Origin: Acidimicrobiia bacterium | GTDB taxonomy: Bacteria > Actinomycetota > Acidimicrobiia > IMCC26256 > JAOSJL01 | Reading direction: 5' to 3' | NCBI GenBank assembly: GCA_027494115.1 | Contig: JAOSJL010000001.1 | Coordinates: 767,926 to 831,925, forward strand | DNA length: 64,000 bases | Shown here: in pieces, positions 49,355-58,581 of the stretch | Layout: each line of letters begins with the position of its first letter | Numbering within the stretch: position 1 is the first letter of the stretch | Made by a program: the position numbers and the translations under genes | Notes under the pieces: model-generated | Told to the model about the DNA's origin: nothing | Database searches by the model: none | The model's input: the letters and a program-made list of their open reading frames with translations, nothing else

Positions 49355-50425
49355 GTGACTGCAGGTGTGTCCGTGGGAAGCGTCCTGGCTGACCGCTACG
49401 AGCTCACGCGTGAGCTCGCCGGCGGTGGCATGGGAACGGTGTTCATCGCCGACGACACGCTCCTGTCGCGCCCCGTGGCCGTGAAGATCCTGCACCCCGA
49501 GTTGGCGCGGGACCCGGGCATCCGCGAACGATTCCACCACGAGGCGCTCGCGGCCGCGCGCCTGTCCCATCCGGGCATCGTGGCCACCTACGACACCGGC
49601 GACTCCGATGGGGTCGCCTACATCGTGATGGAGTTGGCCGACGGGGGACCCTGCGCGAGATCCTCGACGAGCGACCGATGCCACCCCCCTGACGTAGCCG
49701 CCGACATCGCCGCCCAGGTGGCCGACGCCCTCGAGAACGCCCACCGCCACGGCGTGATCCACCGCGACGTGAAGCCCGGCAACATTCTCGTTCGCTCCGA
49801 CGGTCGCGTGCAGGTCGTCGACTTCGGGATCGCCAAGGCCACAGGAGCGGCGGATCTCACACGCACCGGTATGGTCATCGGAACCGCCCGGTACCTCGCT
49901 CCCGAACAGGCGAAAGGCAACGCCATCGACCCGCGGGCGGACGTGTACTCGCTCGGTCTCGTGCTCTACGAGATGCTCACCGGCCAGGTTCCGTTCACCC
50001 GCGACACCGACATGGCCACCGCCGCGGCGCGCCTCACGAACTACGCGCGGCCTGTGCGCGAACTACGGCCGGAGGTGTCGCCGGCCCTCGAGGCCGTTGT
50101 GATGCGTGCCCTCGCTCGAGAGCCTGCCGACCGCTACCAGAACGCCGGGGCGTTCGCCTCCGCCATTCGCGACGCCGCCTCGGGCCGCGTCGAAGAGCCG
50201 GCGAAGCCACGAACGGCGCCCCGTCCGACCCCGCAGCCCCCACCGGCCCCTGCGTATCAGCCCCCTGTCCGATCCTCTCCGCGCAAGCGACACACGAACC
50301 CGATGGCCTGGCTCCTCGTCGTCATCGCTCTGGCGGGAGCCGCCGTTGCCATCGCGTGGGCAGTCCAGGAGGCCTCCTCGAACGACCCCGCGACCACGAC
50401 CACGATTCCCCTCAATGGCCCCTGA
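49355..50425 (+). CDS. Ser/Thr protein kinase with C-terminal TM anchor; internal compensated double frame shift suspected (49643-49689)
   Basis: G-loop GGGMGTVF, VAVKIL, HRDVKPGNIL, VDFGIAKA, YLAPE. TM WLLVVIALAGAAVAIAW. The segment GPCARSSTSDRCHPP reads as a canonical kinase segment (GTLREILDERPMPPP) in an alternative frame. Confidence 0.85.
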   Translation: MTAGVSVGSVLADRYELTRELAGGGMGTVFIADDTLLSRPVAVKILHPELARDPGIRERFHHEALAAARLSHPGIVATYDTGDSDGVAYIVMELADGGPCARSSTSDRCHPPDVAADIAAQVADALENAHRHGVIHRDVKPGNILVRSDGRVQVVDFGIAKATGAADLTRTGMVIGTARYLAPEQAKGNAIDPRADVYSLGLVLYEMLTGQVPFTRDTDMATAAARLTNYARPVRELRPEVSPALEAVVMRALAREPADRYQNAGAFASAIRDAASGRVEEPAKPRTAPRPTPQPPPAPAYQPPVRSSPRKRHTNPMAWLLVVIALAGAAVAIAWAVQEASSNDPATTTTIPLNGP

Positions 50426-51002
50426 GCCGGTCCCTGAACCGGACTCCGACACCGAACTGGCGCTGGCAGCCGCCGCCGGTGATCGTGTTGCACTCGAAAC
50501 ACTGCTGGAGCGCCACGCCGACCGGATCCACCGCCTGTGTCTGCGCGTCGTGCGGGACCCCACCGACGCCCTCGATGCCACGCAGGAGGCGATGATCGCC
50601 GTCACACGCGGCATCAGCCGCTTCAACGGGCGCAGCGCTTTCACGACCTGGCTCTACCGGGTCGCCACCAACGCCGCCATCGAGGAGACAAGGAGGCGCG
50701 GACGACGACCGCTGCCGACCGACAGCGCTCCTGAGGTCGCCTCGTCGGCGCCTGGGCCGGACTCGACCACCGCAGACCGCCTCGACGTGCGGTCGGCTCT
50801 GGCGTCGATCCCCGACGAACTGCGGGGAGCGCTCGTTCTGCGTGACGTCGAGGAGCTCGAGTACGCCGAGATCGCCGAGGTCCTGGACGTCCCGATCGGG
50901 ACGGTTCGTTCCCGGATTTCGCGCGGGAGACGGGCTCTGGCCCGGATTCTGGGGAACTCCCGGGGCCCGGCGGACGCCCTACGAGAGACGAACCATGACT
51001 GA
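50415..51002 (+). CDS. ECF (sigma-70 family) RNA polymerase sigma factor, SigM-position
   Basis: ATG 50415 overlaps the kinase 3' end. Region 2 DATQEAMIAVTRGISRFNGRSAFTTWLYRVATNAAIE. Region 4 HTH EYAEIAEVLDVPIGTVRSRISRGRRAL. Confidence 0.9.
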   Translation: MAPEPVPEPDSDTELALAAAAGDRVALETLLERHADRIHRLCLRVVRDPTDALDATQEAMIAVTRGISRFNGRSAFTTWLYRVATNAAIEETRRRGRRPLPTDSAPEVASSAPGPDSTTADRLDVRSALASIPDELRGALVLRDVEELEYAEIAEVLDVPIGTVRSRISRGRRALARILGNSRGPADALRETNHD

Positions 51003-51924
51003 TCCCGCCACGATCCGCAGCCTCCTGGGAGGCGATATCGACGCCCCCGGCGTCGACGCCCTCGTCGACGAGGCCGTCTCGGCCGAACTCGACGGGAGTC
51101 TCGACGCGCTCGCGGCGGACCTGGGTGTCGATCCCGACGCCCTCGCGGGCGCTGTTCGCGACGTCGATGACTACCGCGAGCGACGCAGCGCCCTGTCGTC
51201 GGCCCGCGATGCCCTGCGGTCTCCGGCTTTGGCGACCGCTCCACTCGACGAGGTGACTCGGCGCCGGCTCGTCCGCTCCGCCCTCGACGTCGCACGGGAC
51301 GACACCCGTGCGTCGATCGACGCCGACGCGAATCGTCGTCGTCGGTTCGTCCCCCGGCTCGGCACGGCCGCGGTGGCCGCTGCCGTGCTCGCCGTGGTGG
51401 CCGTCGGGGCCGTGTTCCTCACCCAGCGCGCCGACGACCACACCGCCTCGGATCAGCTCGCCGACGCGCCCGCCGGCGGCTCTGCGGACGCAGGTTCGGC
51501 GACCGCCACCGACGAGGAGGGTGTCGAAGATCTGGGAGACGTCACGGACGACACCACCGTCGGCGACCTCGTGGGTGAACGCCTCGGCACGACCCTGACG
51601 GGCCCGAATCCCGACGAAGTATCGGCGCAACAGGAGGGCGCCCCGGCACTCGCTCAGGAGCCCTCCGTCTCCGGGGACAACACGTCGGGCGCGCAGTCGA
51701 CGGAACCCGACGCCGCGCCCAGCCTCGACGCCCGGGGGTGTGCCGATCGTCTCCGCGGCGACTTCGCCGGGTTGGGTGATCCGGTCCTCGTGGCCACCGT
51801 GCACGTCGACGGCGCCCAGCGGGTGCTCGTCGTCTACGAGGTGGCCGAGCGGACGATCATCCTGAGCGGCGATCTCCCCACCTGCACCACCCTGCCGGTG
51901 GAGTCGTTCGCTACCGCCGAGTAG
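50995..51924 (+). CDS. Putative single-pass anti-sigma factor
   Basis: ATG 50995 overlaps the sigma stop. One TM (LGTAAVAAAVLAVVAVGAVFL) separates a cytoplasmic N-domain from an acidic extracytoplasmic domain. No zinc-binding HxxxCxxC motif. Call is by position only. Confidence 0.5.
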   Translation: MTDPATIRSLLGGDIDAPGVDALVDEAVSAELDGSLDALAADLGVDPDALAGAVRDVDDYRERRSALSSARDALRSPALATAPLDEVTRRRLVRSALDVARDDTRASIDADANRRRRFVPRLGTAAVAAAVLAVVAVGAVFLTQRADDHTASDQLADAPAGGSADAGSATATDEEGVEDLGDVTDDTTVGDLVGERLGTTLTGPNPDEVSAQQEGAPALAQEPSVSGDNTSGAQSTEPDAAPSLDARGCADRLRGDFAGLGDPVLVATVHVDGAQRVLVVYEVAERTIILSGDLPTCTTLPVESFATAE

Positions 51925-51982
51925 CCTCGCTCCGGTCGCCGGTCCCGAGGACGGGCCGCCTACGGACGAACGAGGACACCGA

Positions 51983-52285
51983 ATGAGTGACTGGACGGCT
52001 GATGCCGCCGACACGGTCGAGCACGTGGTGGCGACCGTACGCGACCGAACGGTCGTTCCCGCCCGTGCAGCGGCCAAGGCCGTCGTGTACGGGCTGCTCG
52101 TCGGATTCTTCGCCGCCACCGCCCTGATCCTCCTCGCCATCGGCGCGTTCCGTTTTCTCGACATCTGGGTCCCCGCCGGCGTGTGGGCCTCCTATCTCAT
52201 CGTGGGCGGAATCCTCGTGATCGGAGGTGTGTTGGCATGGACGAAGCGCCACGCCGTCCCCGCCAGCGACGCCCGGAAGTCCTAG
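51983..52285 (+). CDS. Small two-TM membrane protein (actinobacterial holin-X-like)
   Basis: 100 aa. Two hydrophobic helices ([23 protein letters not shown]; [18 protein letters not shown]). Family assignment is tentative. Confidence 0.45.
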   Translation: MSDWTADAADTVEHVVATVRDRTVVPARAAAKAVVYGLLVGFFAATALILLAIGAFRFLDIWVPAGVWASYLIVGGILVIGGVLAWTKRHAVPASDARKS

Positions 52286-52290
52286 GTCCC

Positions 52291-53241
52291 ATGCCGAGCA
52301 CCAAGCCGACCCACCGCAAGGTCATCATCATCGGATCCGGTCCCGCCGGTCTGACCGCAGCGATTTACGCGGCGCGCGCCAACCTCGAGCCACTCATGTT
52401 CGAGGGAATAGAGGCCGGCGGGCAGCTCATGCTCACGACCGAAGTCGAGAACTACCCCGGTTTCCCCGACGGGATGATGGGTCCCGACCTGATGAAGAAC
52501 TTCCGGGAACAGGCGCTGCGTTTCGGAACCGAGATCGTCGGGGCCGATGTGGAAGCGGTCGATCTCTCGCAGCGGCCGTTCCGCATGACGGTCGACGGCG
52601 AGGACTACACCGCCGACGCCGTGATCATCAGCACCGGTGCCACGGCGCGCATGCTCGGACTCGAATCCGAACGTGAACTCCTCGGACACGGCGTCTCCAC
52701 CTGCGCGACCTGCGACGGCTTCTTCTTCCGCGACAAGCCGATCGCCGTCGTGGGCGGAGGCGACACCGCCATCGAAGAAGCGCTGTTCCTCACGAAGTTC
52801 GCGACGCGGGTGACGGTGATACACCGCCGCGACGAACTGCGCGCATCCAAGATCTTGGCCGAGCGTGCGTTCGCCAACGACAAGATCGACTTCCGCTGGA
52901 ACGCCACGGTCACCGACGTCCAGGGCGACGGCAAGGTGGAACGTGTCGAACTGACAGACACGGTCACCGGTGAAACCTCCACGCTCGACGTCGACGGGCT
53001 CTTCGTGGCGATCGGCCACGATCCGACGACCGGCCTGTTCGCTGGCCAACTCGACCTCGACGAGAACGGCTACATCCTCACCGAGCCCGACAGCACCGTC
53101 ACGTCGGTCGAAGGAGTCTTCGCTGCAGGTGACGTGCAGGACCACGTGTTCCGCCAGGCCGTCACCGCCGCCGGAAGCGGCTGCATGGCCGCCATCGAGG
53201 CGGAGCGCTGGCTCGAGGCCGAGGCTCACTCCGCCGGCTGA
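52291..53241 (+). CDS. trxB: Thioredoxin reductase
   Basis: ATG 52291. FAD motif [18 protein letters not shown], redox-active CATCDG, NADPH motif [12 protein letters not shown]. Confidence 0.95.
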   Translation: MPSTKPTHRKVIIIGSGPAGLTAAIYAARANLEPLMFEGIEAGGQLMLTTEVENYPGFPDGMMGPDLMKNFREQALRFGTEIVGADVEAVDLSQRPFRMTVDGEDYTADAVIISTGATARMLGLESERELLGHGVSTCATCDGFFFRDKPIAVVGGGDTAIEEALFLTKFATRVTVIHRRDELRASKILAERAFANDKIDFRWNATVTDVQGDGKVERVELTDTVTGETSTLDVDGLFVAIGHDPTTGLFAGQLDLDENGYILTEPDSTVTSVEGVFAAGDVQDHVFRQAVTAAGSGCMAAIEAERWLEAEAHSAG

Positions 53242-53325
53242 ACATCCCCGCCGGAACATCCTGCCGACGGTTGCGCGAACCTTCCTGAGACCCTCTTCGA
53301 CCGAGTTTCTCCGAAAGGACCTTCC

Positions 53326-53664
53326 GTGGCCGACGGCATCGTGACCCTGACCGACTCCAGTTTCGACGAGATCATCGGATCCAGCGACACGCCGGTGCTC
53401 GTCGACTTCTGGGCGGATTGGTGCGGACCGTGCAAGCAGGTCGCGCCCGTCCTCGAGGAGATCGCCACCGAGCAGGTCGGCAAGCTCCGTATCGCCAAGT
53501 TGAACATCGACGAGAATCCCGACACAGCGCGGCGCTTCAACGTCATGAGCATTCCGACACTGCTGCTCTTCGAAGCGGGCAACGCGAGTGCACCCGCCAC
53601 CCAGATCGTCGGCGCCAAGCCCAAGGGTGCTCTCCTCGCAGACCTGTCGGGTCACATCACTTGA
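53326..53664 (+). CDS. trxA: Thioredoxin
   Basis: 112 aa. VLVDFWADWCGPCKQVAP active site. Confidence 0.95.
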   Translation: MADGIVTLTDSSFDEIIGSSDTPVLVDFWADWCGPCKQVAPVLEEIATEQVGKLRIAKLNIDENPDTARRFNVMSIPTLLLFEAGNASAPATQIVGAKPKGALLADLSGHIT

Positions 53665-54643
53665 CCGATCCGATCACGCCGGGCGACACGGGCGAGGCCG
53701 TTCGCGACCTGCAGGTTCGTCTCAGCGGAGCCGGACACGACGTCGGTGGCGATCGCGGCGAGTTCGGTGAGGCCACTGAGAGCGCCGTGCGCGCGTTCCA
53801 GGCCGAGCGAGGGCTCCGGATCGACGGGATCTGCGGGCGCCAAACCTGGTCGGCGCTCGTCGAGAGCGGATACGCGCTCGGTGATCGCCTCCTGTATCTG
53901 CGACGACCGATGCTACGCGGCGACGACGTGGGCGATCTGCAACACCAACTCAACGCCCTGGGTTTCGACGCTGGACGCGAGGACGCCATCTTCGGACCCG
54001 ACACGGCCGGAGCTCTGATCGATTTCCAACGAAACGCCGCCATCATGCCCGACGCCATCTGCGGTCCGGCGAGCCTGGCGGAACTCCGGCGTGTGGGATC
54101 TCTCGCCCGAGGCTCGATCGCCGCTCTGAAGGAACGTGAGGCGCTGCGAGCGACACGCCAGATTCCCGGGACCCGCGTGTACCTGGCTTCGGAGCCGGGC
54201 CTGGAGGCGCTGGCTGAGTCCGTGGGGCGCGAGCTCAGCCTGCTGGGAGCCGACGTCGTCGTGAACCGGTCCGCCACGGACGAATCCGCCGTCGCCGACG
54301 CTGCCAACCGTTTCGAGGCCGGAGTGTGTCTGTCCCTTCGACTCGGCGACACCCCGGGGTGTTGCTGTTCGTTCTTCGAGTCGGGTCGTTTCCGTTCAGA
54401 GGCGGGGTTCCACCTCGCCGGCCGTCTTCTGGAAGAACTTACCAAAACCGGTCTGGCCGTGGGCGGGGCCCGCGGCCGGACCTACACTCTGTTGCGCGAG
54501 ACGCGCATGCCCGCGGTGGTGTGCGAACCGGTCGAAGCCGGTGACGTTGCCGCCATGCGGCGGCTCGTGAGTGGGTCCGGCGCGGTGGCCCGTGCGGTGG
54601 CGCTGGGTGTCCAGCGCGGCGTCGAAGAACCCCCGACGACTGA
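53661..54643 (+). CDS. cwlM: CwlM-like N-acetylmuramoyl-L-alanine amidase homologue (2x PG-binding + amidase_3-like); 3' end masked by a homopolymer discrepancy at 54630-54634
   Basis: TTG 53661 (TTGA overlap with the trxA stop). PG_binding-like repeats GDTGEAVRDLQVRLSGAG...AVRAFQAERGLRIDGICG and GDDVGDLQHQLNALGF...ALIDFQRNAAIMPDAICG. Amidase-like TYTLLRETRMPAVVCEP. One extra C in the C5 run gives ...QRGVEEPPDD-stop at 54641-54643. The raw ORF instead reads 380 nt into parB. Confidence 0.78.
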
Positions 54644-54669
54644 ACCCGGGGTACGAGCGAAACCGTGGC

Positions 54670-55569
54670 TCAGCCGGACTGCTCGGCGTCCGCTCCTCGC
54701 CCGGCGCCGTCGGTCATCTGGCGATAGATCCTCTCGAGATCCTCGAGGTCGGAGAACTCGATGGTCACCTTGCCGCGCTTGGCGGTCATCGCGACCTTCA
54801 CGCGGGTGTCGAGGTGGTCGCCGAGCAGTTCCTCCAGCTCGAGGAGGCCCGGAGGTCTCAGTCTCTTGGTTGCCGGTGACGGCTCCCCCGTCGACCCGGC
54901 GGCCTCTCCCCCGGGCCCGCACCGACTCCTCCAGATCACGCACCGACAGGTCTTCCTTGACCGCTCGGCGGGCGAGCTGTTCCTGGAACGCCCGGTCAGG
55001 TGTACCCAGCAGCGCCCGAGCGTGACCGGCGCCGATGCGCCGCTCCTGCACCAGTTTCTGGATCGACGGAGGTAGTTGGAGAAGCCTCAACGTGTTGGTG
55101 ACCGTGGCCCTCTTGCGGCCGACACGCTTGGCCAGTTCCTCGTGGGTGAGCCCGAAGTCCTCGATGAGCTGCTGATAGGCCGCTGCCTCCTCCATCGGGT
55201 TGAGGTCCGTGCGTTGGACGTTCTCCACCAGTGCCTGCTCGAGGGCGGAGGCGTCGTCGGACTCGCGCACCACCGCAGGGATCGTCTGGAGACCCACACG
55301 CTTGGCGGCACGGCAGCGCCGCTCACCGGCGATGAGCTCGAAGCCCTCGTCGGGCCCCGGGCGCACCAGCACCGGCTGGAGCACCCCCACCTCGCGGATC
55401 GACTCCGCCAGCTCCGCCATCTGCTCCTCGTCGAAGTAGCGCCGTGGCTGGAACTTGTTGGTCTGGATCGCCGCGATCGGGACCTCCTGGAGCCCCCGCT
55501 CGCCGGCCCACCTTCAGCCGGGATGAGAGCCCCGAGACCCTTACCCAGCCCGCCCTGTCGTGCCATCAC
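54670..55569 (-). CDS. parB: Chromosome partitioning protein ParB; two frame breaks (54908-54912 and 55493-55497)
   Basis: Three raw ORF pieces make up the gene. The first is MMARQGGLGKGLGALIPAEGG... The second is ...LQEVPIAAIQTNKFQPRRYFDEEQMAELAESIREVGVLQPVLVRP...GLTHEELAKRVGRKRATVTNTLRLLQLP... The third is ...LLELEELLGDHLDTRVKVAMTAKRGKVTIEFSDLEDLERIYRQM. Each junction lies at a C5 run (G5 on the coding strand), and one extra base restores continuity. Confidence 0.88.
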
Positions 55570-56514
55570 TCACTTCCTTCGCCAGGTCCCGGTAGGTTGT
55601 GGCCCCCGGGACGTCGGATCGAACACGATGATCGGCTGTCCGAACGAGGGGGCCTCTCCGAGTCGCACGGTCCTCGGAATCACCGTCTTGTAGACCTTCG
55701 GTCCGAAGTGCGTCCGCACCTCGTCCTCCACCTGCGCCGCCAGGCGCGTCCGGCCGTCGTACATGGTCAACACGATGCCGCGCACGTCGAGAGCGGGGTT
55801 GAGACTTCCCCGCACCAGGGACACGTTGCGGAGCAGCTGGCCCAGGCCCTCGAGCGCGTAGTATTCGCACTGGATCGGCACGATCACGTCGTCGGCGGCT
55901 GCCAGGCCGTTGATGGTCAGGAGTCCGAGCGACGGCGGACAGTCGATGAGGGTGAAGTCGTACTCGTCCTTGATCTGCTCCAGGGCCCGGCGGAGCTTGA
56001 GTTCTCGGGAGAAGGCCGGCACCAGCTCGATCTCGGCCCCCGAGAGGTCGATCGTGGCGGGCACGAGGAACAGGTTCTTCAGGCTCGTGGATTCGATGCA
56101 GTCCTCCACAGGGGTGTCCGCCATGATCACGTCGTACACCGAGTGTTCGAGGTCCCTCGCGTTGATCCCGAGGCCGGTCGTGGCGTTGCCCTGAGGATCC
56201 AGGTCCACCACGAGGACCCGATAGTCGAGCTCAGCCAACGCTGCGCCCAGATTGACGGTCGTGGTGGTCTTGCCCACGCCGCCCTTCTGATTGGCGATGG
56301 CCAGGATCGTCGGCAGCTCCATGGGCCCCAGAACCGTGTCGGCGACCGGACCCCCCAGGGCTGCTCCTCCCGGGATCAGGGTCACCTCCTCATCCTCGGC
56401 GTCCTCGTCGCCGGCCGTGACGTCGCCGCCCGTGACGTCAACCCCGTCGTCACTGCTGTCGTCCTCCGGTTCGGGCTCTTCCACCTCGACCTCGACGTCC
56501 GACTGTTCGATCAC
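55570..56514 (-). CDS. parA: Chromosome partitioning ATPase ParA (Soj) with acidic N-terminal extension
   Basis: 314 aa. Deviant Walker A NQKGGVGKTTTTVNLGAALA and VLVVDLDPQGNAT. The first ~65 aa are highly acidic. Confidence 0.92.
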   Translation of the reverse strand: MIEQSDVEVEVEEPEPEDDSSDDGVDVTGGDVTAGDEDAEDEEVTLIPGGAALGGPVADTVLGPMELPTILAIANQKGGVGKTTTTVNLGAALAELDYRVLVVDLDPQGNATTGLGINARDLEHSVYDVIMADTPVEDCIESTSLKNLFLVPATIDLSGAEIELVPAFSRELKLRRALEQIKDEYDFTLIDCPPSLGLLTINGLAAADDVIVPIQCEYYALEGLGQLLRNVSLVRGSLNPALDVRGIVLTMYDGRTRLAAQVEDEVRTHFGPKVYKTVIPRTVRLGEAPSFGQPIIVFDPTSRGPQPTGTWRRK

Positions 56515-56693
56515 GATGTCGTCACCCGGTTCGGCAGCAGGCGGGCTCGGGGCTCCGGGGCGACCTCTTCGGAAGGCGCCTCGTCACCGTGTCGTCGGAG
56601 CGCTGCAAAGATCTTCCGACCTCGACGCTTGACCTCCTGCCCGTCCTTCGCCATGCGCACCTCCCATCAACACGCCTCGGTGGAGGAGGCGGT

Positions 56694-56709
56694 TGTTCCA
56701 CGTGGAACC
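56694..56709. other. parS centromere-like site 1
   Basis: TGTTCCACGTGGAACC. The core GTTCCACGTGGAAC is a perfect 14-bp palindrome matching the parS consensus tGTTnCACGTGAAAca. Confidence 0.8.
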
Positions 56710-56716
56710 GTCGAGT

Positions 56717-56750
56717 CGAACTTCACCATCGAACTTCACCATCGAACTTC
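56717..56750. repeat. 13-nt tandem repeat CGAACTTCACCAT (2.6 copies) between the two parS sites
   Basis: cgaacttcaccat cgaacttcaccat cgaacttc, read directly from the sequence. Confidence 0.7.
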
Positions 56751-56758
56751 CCCGGAAA

Positions 56759-56774
56759 CGTTTCACGTGGAACG
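56759..56774. other. parS centromere-like site 2
   Basis: CGTTTCACGTGGAACG; core GTTTCACGTGGAAC (56760-56773). Confidence 0.8.
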
Positions 56775-56789
56775 CCCGGTCGGCGCATG

Positions 56790-57440
56790 CTAACCCCAGA
56801 GAGGCCGTCGAGCGGGGATCCCGACCCTCCTCGGAAATCTGGAGGAAATCGGCCCCGCCCGGCGGATCGTCTGGAATCCGGCACCTCCGGTTCTCAGCGC
56901 GTCGCCCGCGCACAGACCGAGTTCGGCCAACCCTTCTCCGGGCCACCGGAGGCCGTCCCGCACGGTGGCCCCACCGTGTGCGGGGGGCTCGCTCACCACA
57001 AGGATTCCGCCGGGAGCCAGAAACGCCGCCGAACACTCCGCCGTCACCGCCGGGATTCCAAAGGAGCGTGCCGTCACGACCTCGAAGCTCTCCCGAAACG
57101 ATGCTTCGTGGCCGACCTCTTCCGCCCGACCCTCGATCACCTCGACCCGGCCGCCCCAGCCCAGACGCCCGACCGCCAGGCGCAGGCTGTCGCAACGCCG
57201 AGAGGAGGCGTCGAGCAGGGTGATACGGGTCTGCTCCCACAAGGCTGCCAGAACGAGACCGGGGATTCCGCCGCCCGAACCGAGATCGAGTGTCCGGGTC
57301 GGTGGTGCGCCGACACACTCGGCAAAGCCCAGCGAGTGATCGAGTTGGTCCTCGACGGGGCCAGGCCCGAGAACGCCGCGATCGCGGGCTCTCTCCAATT
57401 CGGTGACGAGGAGGCGCCGTGTCCTCTCGTCGATCGGCAT
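56790..57440 (-). CDS. rsmG: 16S rRNA (guanine527-N7)-methyltransferase RsmG (GidB)
   Basis: 216 aa. SAM motif LDLGSGGGIPGLVLA, ...VTARSFG.... Conserved position between jag and parA. Confidence 0.9.
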   Translation of the reverse strand: MPIDERTRRLLVTELERARDRGVLGPGPVEDQLDHSLGFAECVGAPPTRTLDLGSGGGIPGLVLAALWEQTRITLLDASSRRCDSLRLAVGRLGWGGRVEVIEGRAEEVGHEASFRESFEVVTARSFGIPAVTAECSAAFLAPGGILVVSEPPAHGGATVRDGLRWPGEGLAELGLCAGDALRTGGAGFQTIRRAGPISSRFPRRVGIPARRPLWG

Positions 57441-57456
57441 CGCGCAGCGGCGGTGG

Positions 57457-58578
57457 TCAGGCAGGGTGGATGACCACCCGGCGGCGGGGTTCCTCGCCCT
57501 CCGAGGAGGTGGTCACGTCGTCGTCCTCGGCAGCGACTCCGTGCACGACCTTGCGGTCGGCGGCGCTCATGGGTTCGAGCTCCTGTGCCCGACCCGTTTC
57601 ACGCACCTTGTCGATCAGGCTTCGTGCGAACTCCTCGAGAGCCTTGCGGCGTGCCGCCCGGTAGCCTCCGACGTCGACGCGGACCCGGGCCGCCTGGCCG
57701 CCGGTCCGCCGCTGGAGCACGGTTCGGGTCAGCTCCTCGATCGCCGTGATGGTGGCGCCTCCCCGGCCCACCAGCAGGCCGAGCTCCGAACCCTCCACGG
57801 TGATCTGGAGTACCCAGTCCTCGTCGTCGGCGTCGACACCGATGTCGGCGTCCACGTCGAAAGCCTCGACCAGACCCGCCACGAAATCCTCGGCGATATC
57901 AGCCTGCTCGTCGATGGGTACCGATTCCTCGTCGCGATCAGGGCCTTCGTTCACCGGTGCTCCTCCTCGTTCGCCCCCGCGCGCCTTGCGCCCGGAAGCC
58001 TCGTCACGTCGATCTCTGTCACCGTTCCCGCTGTCGGGACGGTCGCTCCCGGCCCGACGCCGGCTCCCCGGCGCCGTTGCGCCACCCCTGCGACCCGACC
58101 GGTTTTGACCGGGTCGGGTCCGGTCGCGATCCTGGGCGCTCGACTTCGTACCCGACCGGCCGTCGCCACCGCGCCTGTTCCCGTCGCGGGGTCCGTCCTT
58201 GTCGGCGTTCTCGGACTTCCCTCCGCCCTGCTTGCGGTCTTCCTGCTTGTTTCCGGACTGTTGCTGAGCACCCTTGCCTCGCCCGGTCTGCTTGTTGCCC
58301 CGCCGACCGTTGCCCTTGTTCCCGTCACCCCGGCGGCCCTTTCCTCCCGAAGAGCGCCCACCCCGAGAACGATCGCGGCTCGTCTGCGGCTTCTCTCTGG
58401 ACACCGGCTTGATGCGCGCGCGGATACGCGCCTCACTGCGTCCGAGAAGCCCTCCGAGGCGCGCCTTGGAGACCTCGATCACTTCCCACTCGGCCTCGTC
58501 GCGGTGGACACCCAGTTCATCCAGCGCCCGATCCAATGCCTCGTGTTCACTCGAGGCGGTGATCTCGATCCATTCCAT
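57457..58578 (-). CDS. jag: Jag/KhpB RNA-binding protein (Jag_N, KH, R3H) with long RG-rich linker
   Basis: MEWIEITASSEHEALDRALDELG (Jag_N), ~170-aa R/G/D-rich low-complexity region, KH-like LGLLVGRGGATITAIEELT, R3H-like MSAADRKVVHGVAA. Confidence 0.85.
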   Translation of the reverse strand: MEWIEITASSEHEALDRALDELGVHRDEAEWEVIEVSKARLGGLLGRSEARIRARIKPVSREKPQTSRDRSRGGRSSGGKGRRGDGNKGNGRRGNKQTGRGKGAQQQSGNKQEDRKQGGGKSENADKDGPRDGNRRGGDGRSGTKSSAQDRDRTRPGQNRSGRRGGATAPGSRRRAGSDRPDSGNGDRDRRDEASGRKARGGERGGAPVNEGPDRDEESVPIDEQADIAEDFVAGLVEAFDVDADIGVDADDEDWVLQITVEGSELGLLVGRGGATITAIEELTRTVLQRRTGGQAARVRVDVGGYRAARRKALEEFARSLIDKVRETGRAQELEPMSAADRKVVHGVAAEDDDVTTSSEGEEPRRRVVIHPA

Positions 58579-58581
58579 GAA

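Noticed and set aside
54644-55025. The cwlM ORF apparently extends ~380 nt into the convergent parB gene, producing a long Arg/Ser-rich tail.
   Set aside because: The tail has no family resemblance. A +1 correction in the C5 run at 54630-54634 gives a stop at 54641-54643, 26 nt from the parB stop. It is treated as a frameshift artefact.
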